DNA of 64,000 nucleotides from Chlamydiota bacterium (GCA_048498835.1 JBEHXF010000005.1:454-64453), one strand, 5' to 3'. Shown: positions 1 through 9,467, numbered from the stretch's first letter. A program made the numbers and translations. Notes: generated by a model not told the origin, from the letters alone.

Positions 1-1
1 T

Positions 2-238
2 GAGCGTACGTCCAACCGCGCCGAAGCAAAAAAAACACCGATCGGCCTATTGCCTCAGCAACTCGATTTAGAAGGCCTCTCTCTCAATTCTTCCGCCCTT
101 GAACAGCTCTTTCACATCGATCGCGAAGCTTGGAAAAAAGAAGTAGAAGAGCTCACTACTTATTTTCAGCTCTTTGGTCATCGGATGCCGCAGGAGCTTT
201 TAAAGAACCTTGAGGAATTAAAAGACCGTCTCTCTTGA
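2..238 (+). CDS. pckG: GTP-dependent phosphoenolpyruvate carboxykinase, C-terminal fragment (5' part outside the window)
   Basis: Frame is open from the window edge. The tail KKTPIGLLPQQLDLEGL...EAWKKEVEEL...MPQELLKNLEELKDRLS matches the conserved PEPCK-GTP C-terminus (TPIGYIP..L.L.GL...FW.KEVE.I..Y...LP.E...L..LK.R). Confidence 0.65.
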   Translation, partial: ERTSNRAEAKKTPIGLLPQQLDLEGLSLNSSALEQLFHIDREAWKKEVEELTTYFQLFGHRMPQELLKNLEELKDRLS

Positions 239-572
239 CGAGCCTTAGATAAGGCAAAAGCGCTCTTACATCAAAAAATGCTCTATGTTGAGAAGTGCAA
301 TCAATAGCTTCTCCTTCACCCACTACTTGTTTAGAAACGGTCACCTTATCTTCTTTTGATACATTGAGCTGAAGAAAATTTCCACATGACTTAATTTCTC
401 GGTATTGAGGAGAATGTTTTCGATGCTGGATTCTTACCCAAACAGAGCTCATCGTCTGGTTGGTAATCCGAATCACAAGGGGTTCTGTGTTCTCTGCGCT
501 AGTAGAAGTGAGATAGTAATCTTGCCCAACCATTTGGTTGAATTTTTCTAGATTCGAAGTGACAAAACTCAT
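156..572 (-). CDS. hypothetical protein
   Basis: 138-codon ORF with no recognisable motif. Its 3' end overlaps the pckG tail by about 80 nt. Confidence 0.35.
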   Translation of the reverse strand: MSFVTSNLEKFNQMVGQDYYLTSTSAENTEPLVIRITNQTMSSVWVRIQHRKHSPQYREIKSCGNFLQLNVSKEDKVTVSKQVVGEGEAIDCTSQHRAFFDVRALLPYLRLVKRDGLLIPQGSLKAPAASDDQRAENK

Positions 573-580
573 TTTATCTC

Positions 581-964
581 CTACATTCTTATTTTGCAGC
601 GACCATCATGTGTTGAGACGACGGTCACAGATTTATCATTGTATAGAGTAAGATCGAGCTCGGTGGCTATTCTCTGATTCATCCCATCTATGCAGCTTAC
701 GTATACGTGCTCACATTGTGCAGCTTGTAAAACTAGAGAAGCGTGTATGCCCGAAAGCTCATATTCTTTTTTCTTTTGCGCAAACGAAACAATCGTTACA
801 CAGACGGGAAGATGGTTGCCATTCGTAATTGTCACTTTAGAAACTTTTTCTGCGTATTTTGCCATGGGGCTTCGTACAAGTGGCCTATTGGTTATTCGCT
901 CAAATCGTGCCAGATTTTCTTGATAGCGCTTAGCTTCGATCTTGCTTCCTACGCATGCTGCCAT
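581..964 (-). CDS. hypothetical protein
   Basis: 127-codon ORF 8 nt upstream of the previous ORF on the same strand. No motif recognised. Confidence 0.4.
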   Translation of the reverse strand: MAACVGSKIEAKRYQENLARFERITNRPLVRSPMAKYAEKVSKVTITNGNHLPVCVTIVSFAQKKKEYELSGIHASLVLQAAQCEHVYVSCIDGMNQRIATELDLTLYNDKSVTVVSTHDGRCKIRM

Positions 965-1080
965 GGCGGCTCCTTTGGTTCGTTTAAAAAGATATCTCTA
1001 ATTTTTTCTTAAGATCAAGAAAAAGATAAGAAATGAAAAAGATTTCTAAACAATCGGAGGGGTTTGCTATGCTTGCACGC

Positions 1081-1518
1081 ATGAAACTAGTGATTCAACG
1101 AGTTGCACACGCAGCGGTAGAAGTAGAACAAAGGATCGTCGGACAAATTGGTCCGGGTCTTCTTGTCTTATTCGGTGTCACGCATGGCGATACCGAAACA
1201 GCGGTCGATTGGCTTGCTCAAAAGCTCTTACAACTGCGGATTTTTCAAGATGATGCAGGGAAGATGAATCGTTCAGTTCAAGAGAGTGGTGGCTCTCTTC
1301 TCGTCGTTTCTCAATTTACACTCTATGGAGATTGTAGCGAAGGGCGTCGCCCTTCGTTTACGAAAGCGGCCCCTCCGGAGCTGGCAAAACGGCTCTACGA
1401 ACAATTTGTGTCGGAGCTTCGCAGTTCGGGTTTGAAGGTTGAAACAGGTCTATTTGGCGCAGATATGAAAGTGTCACTGATCAACGATGGACCAGTGACA
1501 TTCATACTAGAAAAGTAG
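1081..1518 (+). CDS. dtd: D-aminoacyl-tRNA deacylase
   Basis: MKLVIQRV...[10 protein letters not shown]...SQFTLYGD...GRRPSF is the typical Dtd pattern. I chose the internal ATG at 1081 because Dtd proteins begin MK.V.QRV; the ORF track starts at 1033. Confidence 0.85.
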   Translation: MKLVIQRVAHAAVEVEQRIVGQIGPGLLVLFGVTHGDTETAVDWLAQKLLQLRIFQDDAGKMNRSVQESGGSLLVVSQFTLYGDCSEGRRPSFTKAAPPELAKRLYEQFVSELRSSGLKVETGLFGADMKVSLINDGPVTFILEK

Positions 1519-1521
1519 CGA

Positions 1522-2037
1522 TTATTCTTTGGAAAAGATTTCGTTCGACTTAAAGAAGAATGAGATCTCTTTTTTGGCGTTCTCGGGGCTGTCAGAGCCG
1601 TGAACAGCATTTCGCTGTACATCGGTTCCAAAGTCAGAGCGGAGCGTGCCTGGAGATGCTTTGGATGGATCGGTGGCGCCCATGATTTGACGGTTGACCG
1701 CAACAGCATCTTCTCCTTCGAGAACCTGGACAACAACGGGGCCAGAGGTCATGAAGACGACGAGATCATTGAAAAAAGCTTTATCTTTGTGAACCGCGTA
1801 GAAAGCTTTTGCTTGATCGGTGGTCAATTGGACCATTTTCGATCCCACAACATGGAGGCCGGCATTCTCAATGTATTCGAGAATTTCGCCGATCTGGTTG
1901 TGTTGAACAGCATCTGGCTTAATGATCGAAAGAGTCTGCTCGATTTGGAGTTCTTGTTGAGCAGGCGCCTCACTTTCTTCAGCGCAGATAGCAAAAGCAG
2001 TTAGAACGAATAGAGTCAGGCAGCCTTTTCTCAACAT
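1522..2037 (-). CDS. ndk: nucleoside diphosphate kinase paralog with predicted N-terminal signal peptide
   Basis: Ndk core [10 protein letters not shown]...NAVHGSDS (active-site His) is preceded by about 30 extra residues, [28 protein letters not shown]. These form a basic n-region, a hydrophobic h-region and an AFA-type cleavage site. Confidence 0.85.
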   Translation of the reverse strand: MLRKGCLTLFVLTAFAICAEESEAPAQQELQIEQTLSIIKPDAVQHNQIGEILEYIENAGLHVVGSKMVQLTTDQAKAFYAVHKDKAFFNDLVVFMTSGPVVVQVLEGEDAVAVNRQIMGATDPSKASPGTLRSDFGTDVQRNAVHGSDSPENAKKEISFFFKSNEIFSKE

Positions 2038-2046
2038 AGGAATCCT

Positions 2047-2493
2047 TTAATTTCGTGGGCAGATTTCGTTGTGTTTAAAGAAGAACGCGATTTCTGTTTT
2101 TGCATTTTCTGGGCTATCAGAACCGTGTACGGCATTGCGCTCGATGCTCGTTGCGAAATCGCCGCGGATGGTGCCAGGATTTGCTTTTGCAGGATCGGTT
2201 GTTCCCATGATTTGGCGGTTTTTCAAAACAGCGTTTTCACCTTCGAGAACCATGATCATCACAGGGCCGGAAGTCATGAATTCTACGAGTTCGCCGAAGA
2301 ATGGGCGGTCTTTATGGATCGCGTAGAAGCCACTGGCTTGATCTTTTGTGAGGTGGAGCATTTTAGCAGCAACGACACAGAGGCCCTCGCGCTCAAAATA
2401 CTCGATGATATTGCCGATTTGATTTTGGCCGACCGCGTCGGGTTTAATGATTGAGAGCGTTTGCTCTACGGTATGGGTAGTTGCTTGTGCCAT
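2047..2493 (-). CDS. ndk: nucleoside diphosphate kinase (cytosolic form)
   Basis: 148 aa, [10 protein letters not shown]...GTIRGDF...NAVHGSDS. No leader peptide. Confidence 0.9.
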   Translation of the reverse strand: MAQATTHTVEQTLSIIKPDAVGQNQIGNIIEYFEREGLCVVAAKMLHLTKDQASGFYAIHKDRPFFGELVEFMTSGPVMIMVLEGENAVLKNRQIMGTTDPAKANPGTIRGDFATSIERNAVHGSDSPENAKTEIAFFFKHNEICPRN

Positions 2494-2603
2494 TCGAGAA
2501 TCTCCAAAATTTTTTGAAATGCAAAGACATTGTAATCCACCCGCCGAATTCTATTCGAGAAAGATCTGTAGAAAAATTGCAATAAAGTCCTAATCTTAAT
2601 GCT

Positions 2604-3677
2604 ATGAGCTACGGCGATTACCCCGATTTATCTCGAGTCAAGAAAGTTTTAGTCATTAAGTTGCGCCAGCTCGGAGATGTTCTTCTCACTGGCCCCGTTT
2701 TTTCGACTCTCAAAAAAAAATTACCAACAGCCCAAATCGACGCTTACGTCTATGCCGAATCGATCCCCATGCTCGAAGGCCATCCAGCTATTCACACCTG
2801 CATTGGCTATCAGCGCTCCTGGAAAAAACTCGGGTTCTTTGCTCGCCTTCTCAAAGAATGGGAGCTTCTGCGCCAAATCCGGCAAGAGGGCTACGATCTC
2901 GTCATCAACTTGACGGAAGGGGATCGAGGGGCGTTAGCCGCTCGTTTTTCAGCCGCTCCCATTCGCGTAGGCTTTCCTCCCAAAGGCAAGGCAAAAAAAC
3001 TCTACACCCACGTTGCTAAGAATTGCCCCTCGCTCCGACACACCGTGGAGCGCAATCTCGATGCTCTGCGCCGCATTGGCCTTTTTCCGTCAGAAGCTGA
3101 ACGGGATCTTTTTCTCCACATTCCAGCCATTTCTCAATCGAAAATGCAGCTCGTCGTTCCAGCTCCCTTCATTCTTATTCATCCCACTTCTCGCTGGCGC
3201 TTCAAGTGTTGGCCCGCACAAAAAATGAGAGCGCTCGCCGAGCAATTACTCAGACAAGGTCATCGCCTTGTTTTTACATCGGGGCCTGATCCAGAAGAAC
3301 AGGCGATGCTCGCTGAAATCTGCCATGGCTTGCCGGTCCAAAATCTCGCCGGGCAAATTTCTCTCAAAGAGCTCGCCGCGCTCATCGACCAAACTCAACT
3401 TCTTCTCTGTGTCGATTCGCTACCCTTCCACATGGCGAGCGCGCTGAAAAAGCCGGTTGTCGCCATCTTTGGCCCCACCTCTGACATCACTTGGGGCCCC
3501 TGGCGCAATCCCCACGCGCGGATCGTTTCTCAAGCCTTCTCTTGCCGCCCCTGCTACCAAGATGGTTGCGGTGGAAGTAAGCTGAGCGATTGTCTTGACA
3601 CTCTCCCTGTTATCCAAGTCCAACGCGCGATTGATGAACTTTTACCAACCCTACTTTCCAAATGCACCCAATCTTAA
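2604..3677 (+). CDS. glycosyltransferase family 9 (LPS heptosyltransferase-like)
   Basis: N-terminal KKVLVIKLRQLGDVLLTGPV and C-terminal LLLCVDSLPFHMASAL..PVVAIFGPT are typical of RfaC/RfaF/RfaQ-type GT9 enzymes. Confidence 0.75.
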   Translation: MSYGDYPDLSRVKKVLVIKLRQLGDVLLTGPVFSTLKKKLPTAQIDAYVYAESIPMLEGHPAIHTCIGYQRSWKKLGFFARLLKEWELLRQIRQEGYDLVINLTEGDRGALAARFSAAPIRVGFPPKGKAKKLYTHVAKNCPSLRHTVERNLDALRRIGLFPSEAERDLFLHIPAISQSKMQLVVPAPFILIHPTSRWRFKCWPAQKMRALAEQLLRQGHRLVFTSGPDPEEQAMLAEICHGLPVQNLAGQISLKELAALIDQTQLLLCVDSLPFHMASALKKPVVAIFGPTSDITWGPWRNPHARIVSQAFSCRPCYQDGCGGSKLSDCLDTLPVIQVQRAIDELLPTLLSKCTQS

Positions 3678-4003
3678 ACTTTCAACCCACCGCACTATTT
3701 CCCCAAAATAAAGATGCCGATGCAGATCCAAGATGCAAGGTGATCTCTCAAGTCATGAAGGCAAGATTTGAGGAGGCGAAAAAATTCTGTCACCCAACGC
3801 AGGAGTCCTTGATTCGGCAAGCTCTTGATCGCCACCATTTTCTCACCGATCCAAAGCGGTTTCACGTGCCTCAATTCGATGGCGAAGTGATGGCCCTTGT
3901 CGAGGGTGGAGTCCCTCTTCCTATCGCTCGCCAATACTGCTGGTTTCGCCTCGATGATGAAGAGAAGTCTCGCTGGAAATTCGGTCCAAATTCAAATCCA
4001 TAA
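3662..4003 (+). CDS. hypothetical protein
   Basis: 113-codon ORF overlapping the GT9 gene end by 16 nt. No motif recognised. Confidence 0.4.
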   Translation: MHPILNFQPTALFPQNKDADADPRCKVISQVMKARFEEAKKFCHPTQESLIRQALDRHHFLTDPKRFHVPQFDGEVMALVEGGVPLPIARQYCWFRLDDEEKSRWKFGPNSNP

Positions 4004-4046
4004 AATTCTGATAATCAATAATTTAATGAAATCTGAGTAATAGAAT

Positions 4047-4103
4047 CTATAACTCATTTTATTGTAAGATTGTGAGTTATAGAAACGAGAGTTATAACTC
4101 ATG
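4047..4103. promoter_or_regulatory. operator-like inverted repeats (TATAACTCA half-sites) overlapping the Fic gene start
   Basis: ctataactca (4047..4056) and its exact reverse complement tgagttatag (4073..4082). A 12-nt perfect palindrome gagttataactc (4089..4100) abuts the ATG at 4101. Confidence 0.45.
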
Positions 4104-5189
4104 TCCTGGAACTGGGAATTAGATGAATGGCCGCATTTTCAATATAATGTAGGTTCGATTGTAGAATTGGAACGTCAATTTCTGTTTGGGATAGGCGGTT
4201 GTTTGGCCTATTTAAAAACAATTGAGAGAGAAGAACGAAATCGGTTTATTGTTGAAATCCTCACTTTAGAAGGATTAGAGAGCTCTAAAATTGAGGGAGA
4301 GATTCTCGATAGAGAGAGCTTGCAATCCTTCATTCGAAAACATTTTGGTTTAGATTCAAAAAGTAAGAAGGGCAAAAAAGAATCGGGAATGGCGGAACTT
4401 TTATGCAATCAATATGAATCGTTTTCCGAGCCCCTAACCCATGAAATGCTCTGGTCTTGGCATTCAATGTTGTTTAGAGATTCCTCAGATATTGAAAGTC
4501 GGGGAATTTACCGTACGCATCAAGAGCCGATGCAAATTGTTTCATGCCGTCAAGATTCGCCTCGAGTATTTTTTGAGGCGCCTCCTTCAACCCAAATATT
4601 CAATGAGATGACTGCTTTTATTCAGTGGTTTAATTCCACTGCCAATTCTGAATCAATTTTGGGACGCGCTGCTATTGCTCACGTCTATTTTGAAAGTATT
4701 CATCCTTTTGAAGATGGAAATGGGAGAATTGGTCGCGTTTTGGTTGAAAAAATCCTATCGCAAGGAATAGGGCAACCGGTCTTGATTGCCGTTTCCAAAC
4801 TTTTGGAAAAGGGCAAGAAAGCTTATTACGGAGCTTTAGAGCAGTGCAATCGCACTCTCCAGGTACAGGAATGGGTGGAATTTTTTAGTGCCACGATCTT
4901 GCAAGCGCAAGGAGAATCGATGAAGTTACTTGAATTTCTCATCCAGAAAGCCAAACTGTTGCAAGCGCACATGGGGCAACTCAATGAGCGACAGCAAAAG
5001 GTTTTATTGCGGATATTTGCTGAAGGGCCCGGTGGCTTTAAAGGTGGTTTGAGCGCCGAGAATTATCTTTCAATCACCAAGACAACCCGAGCGACCGCTA
5101 CTCGTGATCTCAATGATCTGGTCGAAAAGGGAGCGCTCATCAAAACCGGCGAACTCCGCTATACCCGCTATCGCCTCAATCTACCTTAA
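4101..5189 (+). CDS. Fic-domain protein (AMPylase family) with intramolecular inhibitory helix and C-terminal winged-helix region
   Basis: Canonical Fic motif HPFEDGNGRIGR. Upstream SSKIEGE fits the inhibitory (S/T)xxxE(G/N) motif. Confidence 0.85.
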   Translation: MSWNWELDEWPHFQYNVGSIVELERQFLFGIGGCLAYLKTIEREERNRFIVEILTLEGLESSKIEGEILDRESLQSFIRKHFGLDSKSKKGKKESGMAELLCNQYESFSEPLTHEMLWSWHSMLFRDSSDIESRGIYRTHQEPMQIVSCRQDSPRVFFEAPPSTQIFNEMTAFIQWFNSTANSESILGRAAIAHVYFESIHPFEDGNGRIGRVLVEKILSQGIGQPVLIAVSKLLEKGKKAYYGALEQCNRTLQVQEWVEFFSATILQAQGESMKLLEFLIQKAKLLQAHMGQLNERQQKVLLRIFAEGPGGFKGGLSAENYLSITKTTRATATRDLNDLVEKGALIKTGELRYTRYRLNLP

Positions 5190-5193
5190 AAAA

Positions 5194-6138
5194 TTAAACG
5201 CCATGGATGCGATGGAGGGCTCTTCTCCAGAAAGAGTCATTATTCGAGTGTCGTATGTAGATTTTATGTGTTTGGAAATCGATGAAAATCCCATGTTTGC
5301 GAATAAAATCGAGGCCTAGAATTCCATCAAAATTTTCCAAATCTGTACCAATTTCAAATAAGAACAGCTCAATTTCTCCAAAATCATGTCCGCCTATTCT
5401 GAACTGTTTTGTTTGATAGGCAGACCAACCTTCTTTTTTTTCAATGATCTTATCAGTCGACAGTAGAGATTTTGAAAGGAGAGAATGACTACCTCCTGTA
5501 TCGAGGAGAAAGCGTTTCTTCCCTAGGTCAGTTTCAATCCATAAAAAAATTAGGTTAGCTTCTTGCTCGAATGGAAGTATGATGAAATCATCGAAGGGAA
5601 GAGAATGTTTTCTTGCGAAATCTTGAAAATTTTCGGCTAAATAAAGTTTTTCATGAGGGAGATCTAAATATAGGTTTTTTTTCTGCAGAACTTGTAATCC
5701 TAACCTTCCTTGTTCTTTAGGAGTCATTTTCTTTTTTTTATTAAGCTTTAAGACAACGGATCCTTCCTCTAAAAAATAGGAATTTTCTTTGCTTAAAGTT
5801 ACATCCTCATATTGGATACTCTCTAAGTCTATTTTAGGAATTATAAATTCTTGCGTATGATAGAGATTGCCTTTAATGTCCGCCGTCGAGACGACTCTAG
5901 AAGGGTTTTTGTCCTCTATCTGTCCCATTTCCTTTTCATTGAGTTTTATCCCTCCCGAATAACCTGTGTCGAGTTGAAGCAAAAAAGTATTATTTTCAAT
6001 GTTTACAAAAACTGCGGCAACCGATGATCGATTGACAAATCGAATGGGAATCTTTGCGCAAGGAGTTTTCTCGAAAGAAAAAAAAGTAAAGACTCCGCAT
6101 AAGGCTATTAGCAAAATGTAGAGTCTTAGATATTTCAT
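5194..6138 (-). CDS. secreted or membrane-anchored protein with two retropepsin-like aspartic-protease lobes
   Basis: N-terminal hydrophobic leader MKYLRLYILLIALCGVFTFF. Two D-T-G signatures in hydrophobic context: FLLQLDTGYSGG and RFLLDTGGSHSLL. Confidence 0.55.
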   Translation of the reverse strand: MKYLRLYILLIALCGVFTFFSFEKTPCAKIPIRFVNRSSVAAVFVNIENNTFLLQLDTGYSGGIKLNEKEMGQIEDKNPSRVVSTADIKGNLYHTQEFIIPKIDLESIQYEDVTLSKENSYFLEEGSVVLKLNKKKKMTPKEQGRLGLQVLQKKNLYLDLPHEKLYLAENFQDFARKHSLPFDDFIILPFEQEANLIFLWIETDLGKKRFLLDTGGSHSLLSKSLLSTDKIIEKKEGWSAYQTKQFRIGGHDFGEIELFLFEIGTDLENFDGILGLDFIRKHGIFIDFQTHKIYIRHSNNDSFWRRALHRIHGV

Positions 6139-6141
6139 AGA

Positions 6142-6456
6142 TTATTTTGCAGGTTCTGCTTCGTTTTTCTCAGATTCTTTGGGAGCTTCTGATTCTTTTT
6201 CTTCTTTATCTCGACCAAATTTTACCTCGATCTCAATTTTTTCGGTTCTATCTTCGTATTCTCTGGTATATCTTGCAGAACAACTGCTCACCATGCGGGC
6301 CGTTTTTTCTCGAAATAAAGAATGAACAGGCTGCTGCTTATTTATTTCTGTTTCAGAAACCTTTCTGCCATTTAGAGAGCCTTCGACAACTTCACTAAAG
6401 AAATCATTAAAATCTCCAAAATTTTCTCCTGAACCTGATATTAGATCAATAGACAT
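6142..6456 (-). CDS. hypothetical acidic/lysine-rich protein
   Basis: ORF runs to 6525, but the ATG at 6456 is preceded by aggagg. No motif recognised. Confidence 0.35.
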   Translation of the reverse strand: MSIDLISGSGENFGDFNDFFSEVVEGSLNGRKVSETEINKQQPVHSLFREKTARMVSSCSARYTREYEDRTEKIEIEVKFGRDKEEKESEAPKESEKNEAEPAK

Positions 6457-6551
6457 GTATTCCTCCTGGGAAAAAGAGCAGAAGGGATAAATCAATAAAA
6501 GATTTTGCGCAACGAAAATTGACAAAATTTTAAGTGCAAGGTGAGAAGCTT

Positions 6552-7430
6552 TTAGTCGTTTGCGGATTTTCCAATAAGACGTTGAAACGTGACATCGATG
6601 ATATCTCTATCTTGATAGATATGCCTTATTTTTGTCCTTTGCTCTCGGTAGCGATCGGTAGTCTTGTCTTCTGGAGAAAGAGCGAAGATTGGGAGCGGAA
6701 AATGATCTGAGGATGCCGTTGGATCATAATCATCAGAGAACCGAATCGTTCCATTATCTGTTTTCAATCGATCGAGAAAGTAGTCGATGTTTTCTTCTCC
6801 ATATCCTAAAAGCAACCCAGATAGAACATGATCTGAAAGGACTCGTCCCCAAAAAGATGAAGCCGGATCTTTAAATTCATGTATGACTTGATTGATATCG
6901 AATGGGAAACCGACTTGTTCTTCAAATTTTGTTCTATATTTTGATAAAAGGTCTTTTGCTAGATCAACGTTGAGAAGTGAATAGATTGTATGACTTGGAT
7001 CTAGTAAGCAGGGGCGCTCAGCAAAAATGAAGTGATTTGAGTCTATTTCTTCTGCATAACGTTTCCATGCTTTCCAATTTTCTACAAGAGATCGATCAAG
7101 GGGAATGGCTGTTTTCATTTCCTCTTCTGTAAGTTCGATTAAATCTGTTTCAGATCCGATAAAAATCAACATTTCGCTCATCGGTTTTTCGCCGAAGAGT
7201 GTGTATGCTCCGCCATTTGCAAATAAAAATTGAGTCAAGAACGAACTCATTTTCTTCCGTTCTTCAACCTCAGTATTTTTGTGTGAACAACCGCAGAAAA
7301 ATAGTAGCCCTAAAAATAAAATTTGGACTAGGATTTGCGCTCTTTTATTTTGATCAAAGGATCTTGCATGCATAAATTTCGATTTTTTCTCTCTAGAGTA
7401 ACTCTTTTGGGATTTTTGTTCGTTGGACAA
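6552..7430 (-). CDS. hypothetical membrane-anchored or lipoprotein-like protein
   Basis: Hydrophobic segment ILVQILFLGLLFFCGCSHKN near the N-terminus. Alternative start MHARS at 7373. Confidence 0.45.
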   Translation of the reverse strand: MSNEQKSQKSYSREKKSKFMHARSFDQNKRAQILVQILFLGLLFFCGCSHKNTEVEERKKMSSFLTQFLFANGGAYTLFGEKPMSEMLIFIGSETDLIELTEEEMKTAIPLDRSLVENWKAWKRYAEEIDSNHFIFAERPCLLDPSHTIYSLLNVDLAKDLLSKYRTKFEEQVGFPFDINQVIHEFKDPASSFWGRVLSDHVLSGLLLGYGEENIDYFLDRLKTDNGTIRFSDDYDPTASSDHFPLPIFALSPEDKTTDRYREQRTKIRHIYQDRDIIDVTFQRLIGKSAND

Positions 7431-7766
7431 CTGTACTCCACTTCTTTCGACAAGAGTGTCTGTTCGGTTTTAGATGAAGCAGGTGATTCTGCTATTTTAA
7501 AAATCGAAGAAAATCGGATATTTCTTAACCCTGAAAAGATTGTGATTTTAAGAGAAGGAATTTTTTTGTCGACTGAAAGTTATGGATTATTGGAAGTGGT
7601 TTCCTTGCATTCTACCGGTTCAGGTATTTATACAGAAATTACAGAATCAGGCTGTGAAGTAGCTACAGTATGGCCTGCGGTAATTCGTTGCAGAAATTGC
7701 AATGCGCCATTTTCTAAGACCATTTTCAACGGTGGAATTTGCCCACGTTGTGGTACGCAAAATTAA
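7368..7766 (+). CDS. hypothetical secreted protein with C-terminal zinc-ribbon-like CxxC...CxxC
   Basis: Leader MHKFRFFLSRVTLLGFLFVG and C-terminal CRNCNAPF...CPRCG. The ORF track starts at 7335; I chose the ATG at 7368. Confidence 0.45.
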   Translation: MHKFRFFLSRVTLLGFLFVGQLYSTSFDKSVCSVLDEAGDSAILKIEENRIFLNPEKIVILREGIFLSTESYGLLEVVSLHSTGSGIYTEITESGCEVATVWPAVIRCRNCNAPFSKTIFNGGICPRCGTQN

Positions 7767-7767
7767 T

Positions 7768-8490
7768 CTAAAGTCTAAAGTTTTCGCCGAAGTAGCTGCG
7801 GCGAGCGTCGGCATTTGAGAGGAGCTCGTCGACGGTGCCCGAGAGAAAGACGCGCCCTTCTTGAATGAGGTAGGAGCGATCGACGATGGCAAAGATCTCA
7901 CGCGCATTGTGATCGGTGATGAGAACTGAAATGCCTTTTTGCTTCAGGAGGCCGATGAGGTGTTTGAGATCTTGAACGGCGAGAGGATCGATGTTCGCAA
8001 AAGGCTCATCGAGGAGCAAGAGCGAGGGTTGTGTCACGAGGGCTCGGGTAATTTCGAGGCGTCTTCGTTCGCCGCCAGATAGGCTGGAGGCGTTTTTTTT
8101 GCGAAGGTGCTCGATGTGGAGCTCGGCGAGGAGTTCATTGAGCCGCTCCGTGCGTTGCTGTTGGGTGAGAGGTAGCGTCTCGAGGATGCAGAGGATATTC
8201 TCTTCGACGCTAAGACCGCGAAAGATGGAGGGCTCTTGCGCGAGGTATCCGAGTCCCATTTTCGCTCGGACGTGAATCGGCTTGTGGGTGACTTCTTCAC
8301 CTTTAAAATAGACCGAACCTTCATCGGGAGCAATCAGGCCAACCGTCATATAGAACGCGGTCGTTTTTCCAGCGCCATTGGGGCCGAGGAGCCCGACCAC
8401 TTCGCCTGGCTCGATCGAAAATGAAAGGCCATTGACGACAGGCTTGCCGCCGAATTTTTTAACGAGTTTTTTGGTTTCGAGAAGAGTCAT
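7768..8490 (-). CDS. lptB: LPS export ABC transporter ATP-binding protein
   Basis: Walker A GPNGAGKTT, signature LSGGERRR and Walker B LLLLDEP. N-terminal pattern and about 240 aa length are typical of LptB, and it is the last gene of the kdsA operon. Confidence 0.9.
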   Translation of the reverse strand: MTLLETKKLVKKFGGKPVVNGLSFSIEPGEVVGLLGPNGAGKTTAFYMTVGLIAPDEGSVYFKGEEVTHKPIHVRAKMGLGYLAQEPSIFRGLSVEENILCILETLPLTQQQRTERLNELLAELHIEHLRKKNASSLSGGERRRLEITRALVTQPSLLLLDEPFANIDPLAVQDLKHLIGLLKQKGISVLITDHNAREIFAIVDRSYLIQEGRVFLSGTVDELLSNADARRSYFGENFRL

Positions 8491-9467
8491 AGTAGGTTCT
8501 TAAAAAAGTTATGAAAGGCGTTTTCTTCTTCATAATCGAATGCGAAATGGACATCGCCCACTCCTTGTACCGATTCTTTCCCTGTTTTTGGATCGCGCTG
8601 AATGTGCACTTCCGAAGCCGATAAACGGACGTCTTCTTGCCAAAAGAGAACTTTTTTAGGGGAGTCAGCAGTGAGAATAAGGACTCTATTTTTCGGATTG
8701 TAGAAGAGCGCGTCTGCAAGTGCGAAGCTCTCTTTTCCGTCGATTCGAGTTGAGAGGAGCCGGACCGCGCCTTTAAGAGAAAAAGAATCAAACTCAAATT
8801 CAGTCGGATAGGTGAGGAGCGCTGAATCGGCTTCGGCGGTCATTTGCTCCAAATGTTCGATGTGAACTTGGCCGTTAAAGACAATCTGGTTTTGCAAGCG
8901 ATGCCAAATCATCTCATTTGAGGAAAAACGGACCGGACTTTGAGAGAGTGCTCCGATCGGTTCTTTACAACTTAGCTCGCCCGATGCGAGATTGAAGGTA
9001 ACATGTTTGGCGTCGATTCGATCGGCTCCCAGTTGCAGCGCGCAGCGGAGAAGAGGGGCAGCGGGATAAAGCGTCGCGAATCCTTTTTTATAAATTGCAT
9101 GGCCTCCTGATGCGCTCGGGCCATTGGGCTGAGAGAGGTAGACACGATCGATCAGTTCAATGAATTGTACATCCCAAATGGCAAGAGGCGATTGTGGCGA
9201 GAGTTCGCAAAAGGCTTTTTCTGCTGTGATAGAAAAGGGGGTATTTTGATCTCGAATTTCAATTTCAATGTGGTTTTCGAGGAGAAGCGTAGGCGTTTTG
9301 CGGTTCCCTTTTTTTAAAGGAGGGTGAGTGAGAGTTGCTTTGCCTGCCTTGAGATCTCCGAGTTCATGGGCGAGCGAAAAAGAGCCATTGAAAACGAGTG
9401 TCTCTCCATTGAAATCGGCTTTTTGAGAGACCATGATGTAAGAGGCGAGTAAAGAGAAGAGAATCAT
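8487..9467 (-). CDS. hypothetical periplasmic protein of the kdsA-lptB operon (possible LptA/OstA-like)
   Basis: 4-nt ATGA overlaps with both neighbours and an N-terminal hydrophobic leader. The function is inferred from position only. Confidence 0.45.
   Translation of the reverse strand: MILFSLLASYIMVSQKADFNGETLVFNGSFSLAHELGDLKAGKATLTHPPLKKGNRKTPTLLLENHIEIEIRDQNTPFSITAEKAFCELSPQSPLAIWDVQFIELIDRVYLSQPNGPSASGGHAIYKKGFATLYPAAPLLRCALQLGADRIDAKHVTFNLASGELSCKEPIGALSQSPVRFSSNEMIWHRLQNQIVFNGQVHIEHLEQMTAEADSALLTYPTEFEFDSFSLKGAVRLLSTRIDGKESFALADALFYNPKNRVLILTADSPKKVLFWQEDVRLSASEVHIQRDPKTGKESVQGVGDVHFAFDYEEENAFHNFFKNLL

Noticed and set aside
7368-7373. The divergent genes 6552..7430 and 7368..7766 could both start within the same gcatgc palindrome (ATG 7368 on plus, ATG 7373 on minus).
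   Set aside because: The start-codon choice for both hypothetical genes is uncertain, so the overlap may simply reflect wrong start assignment.
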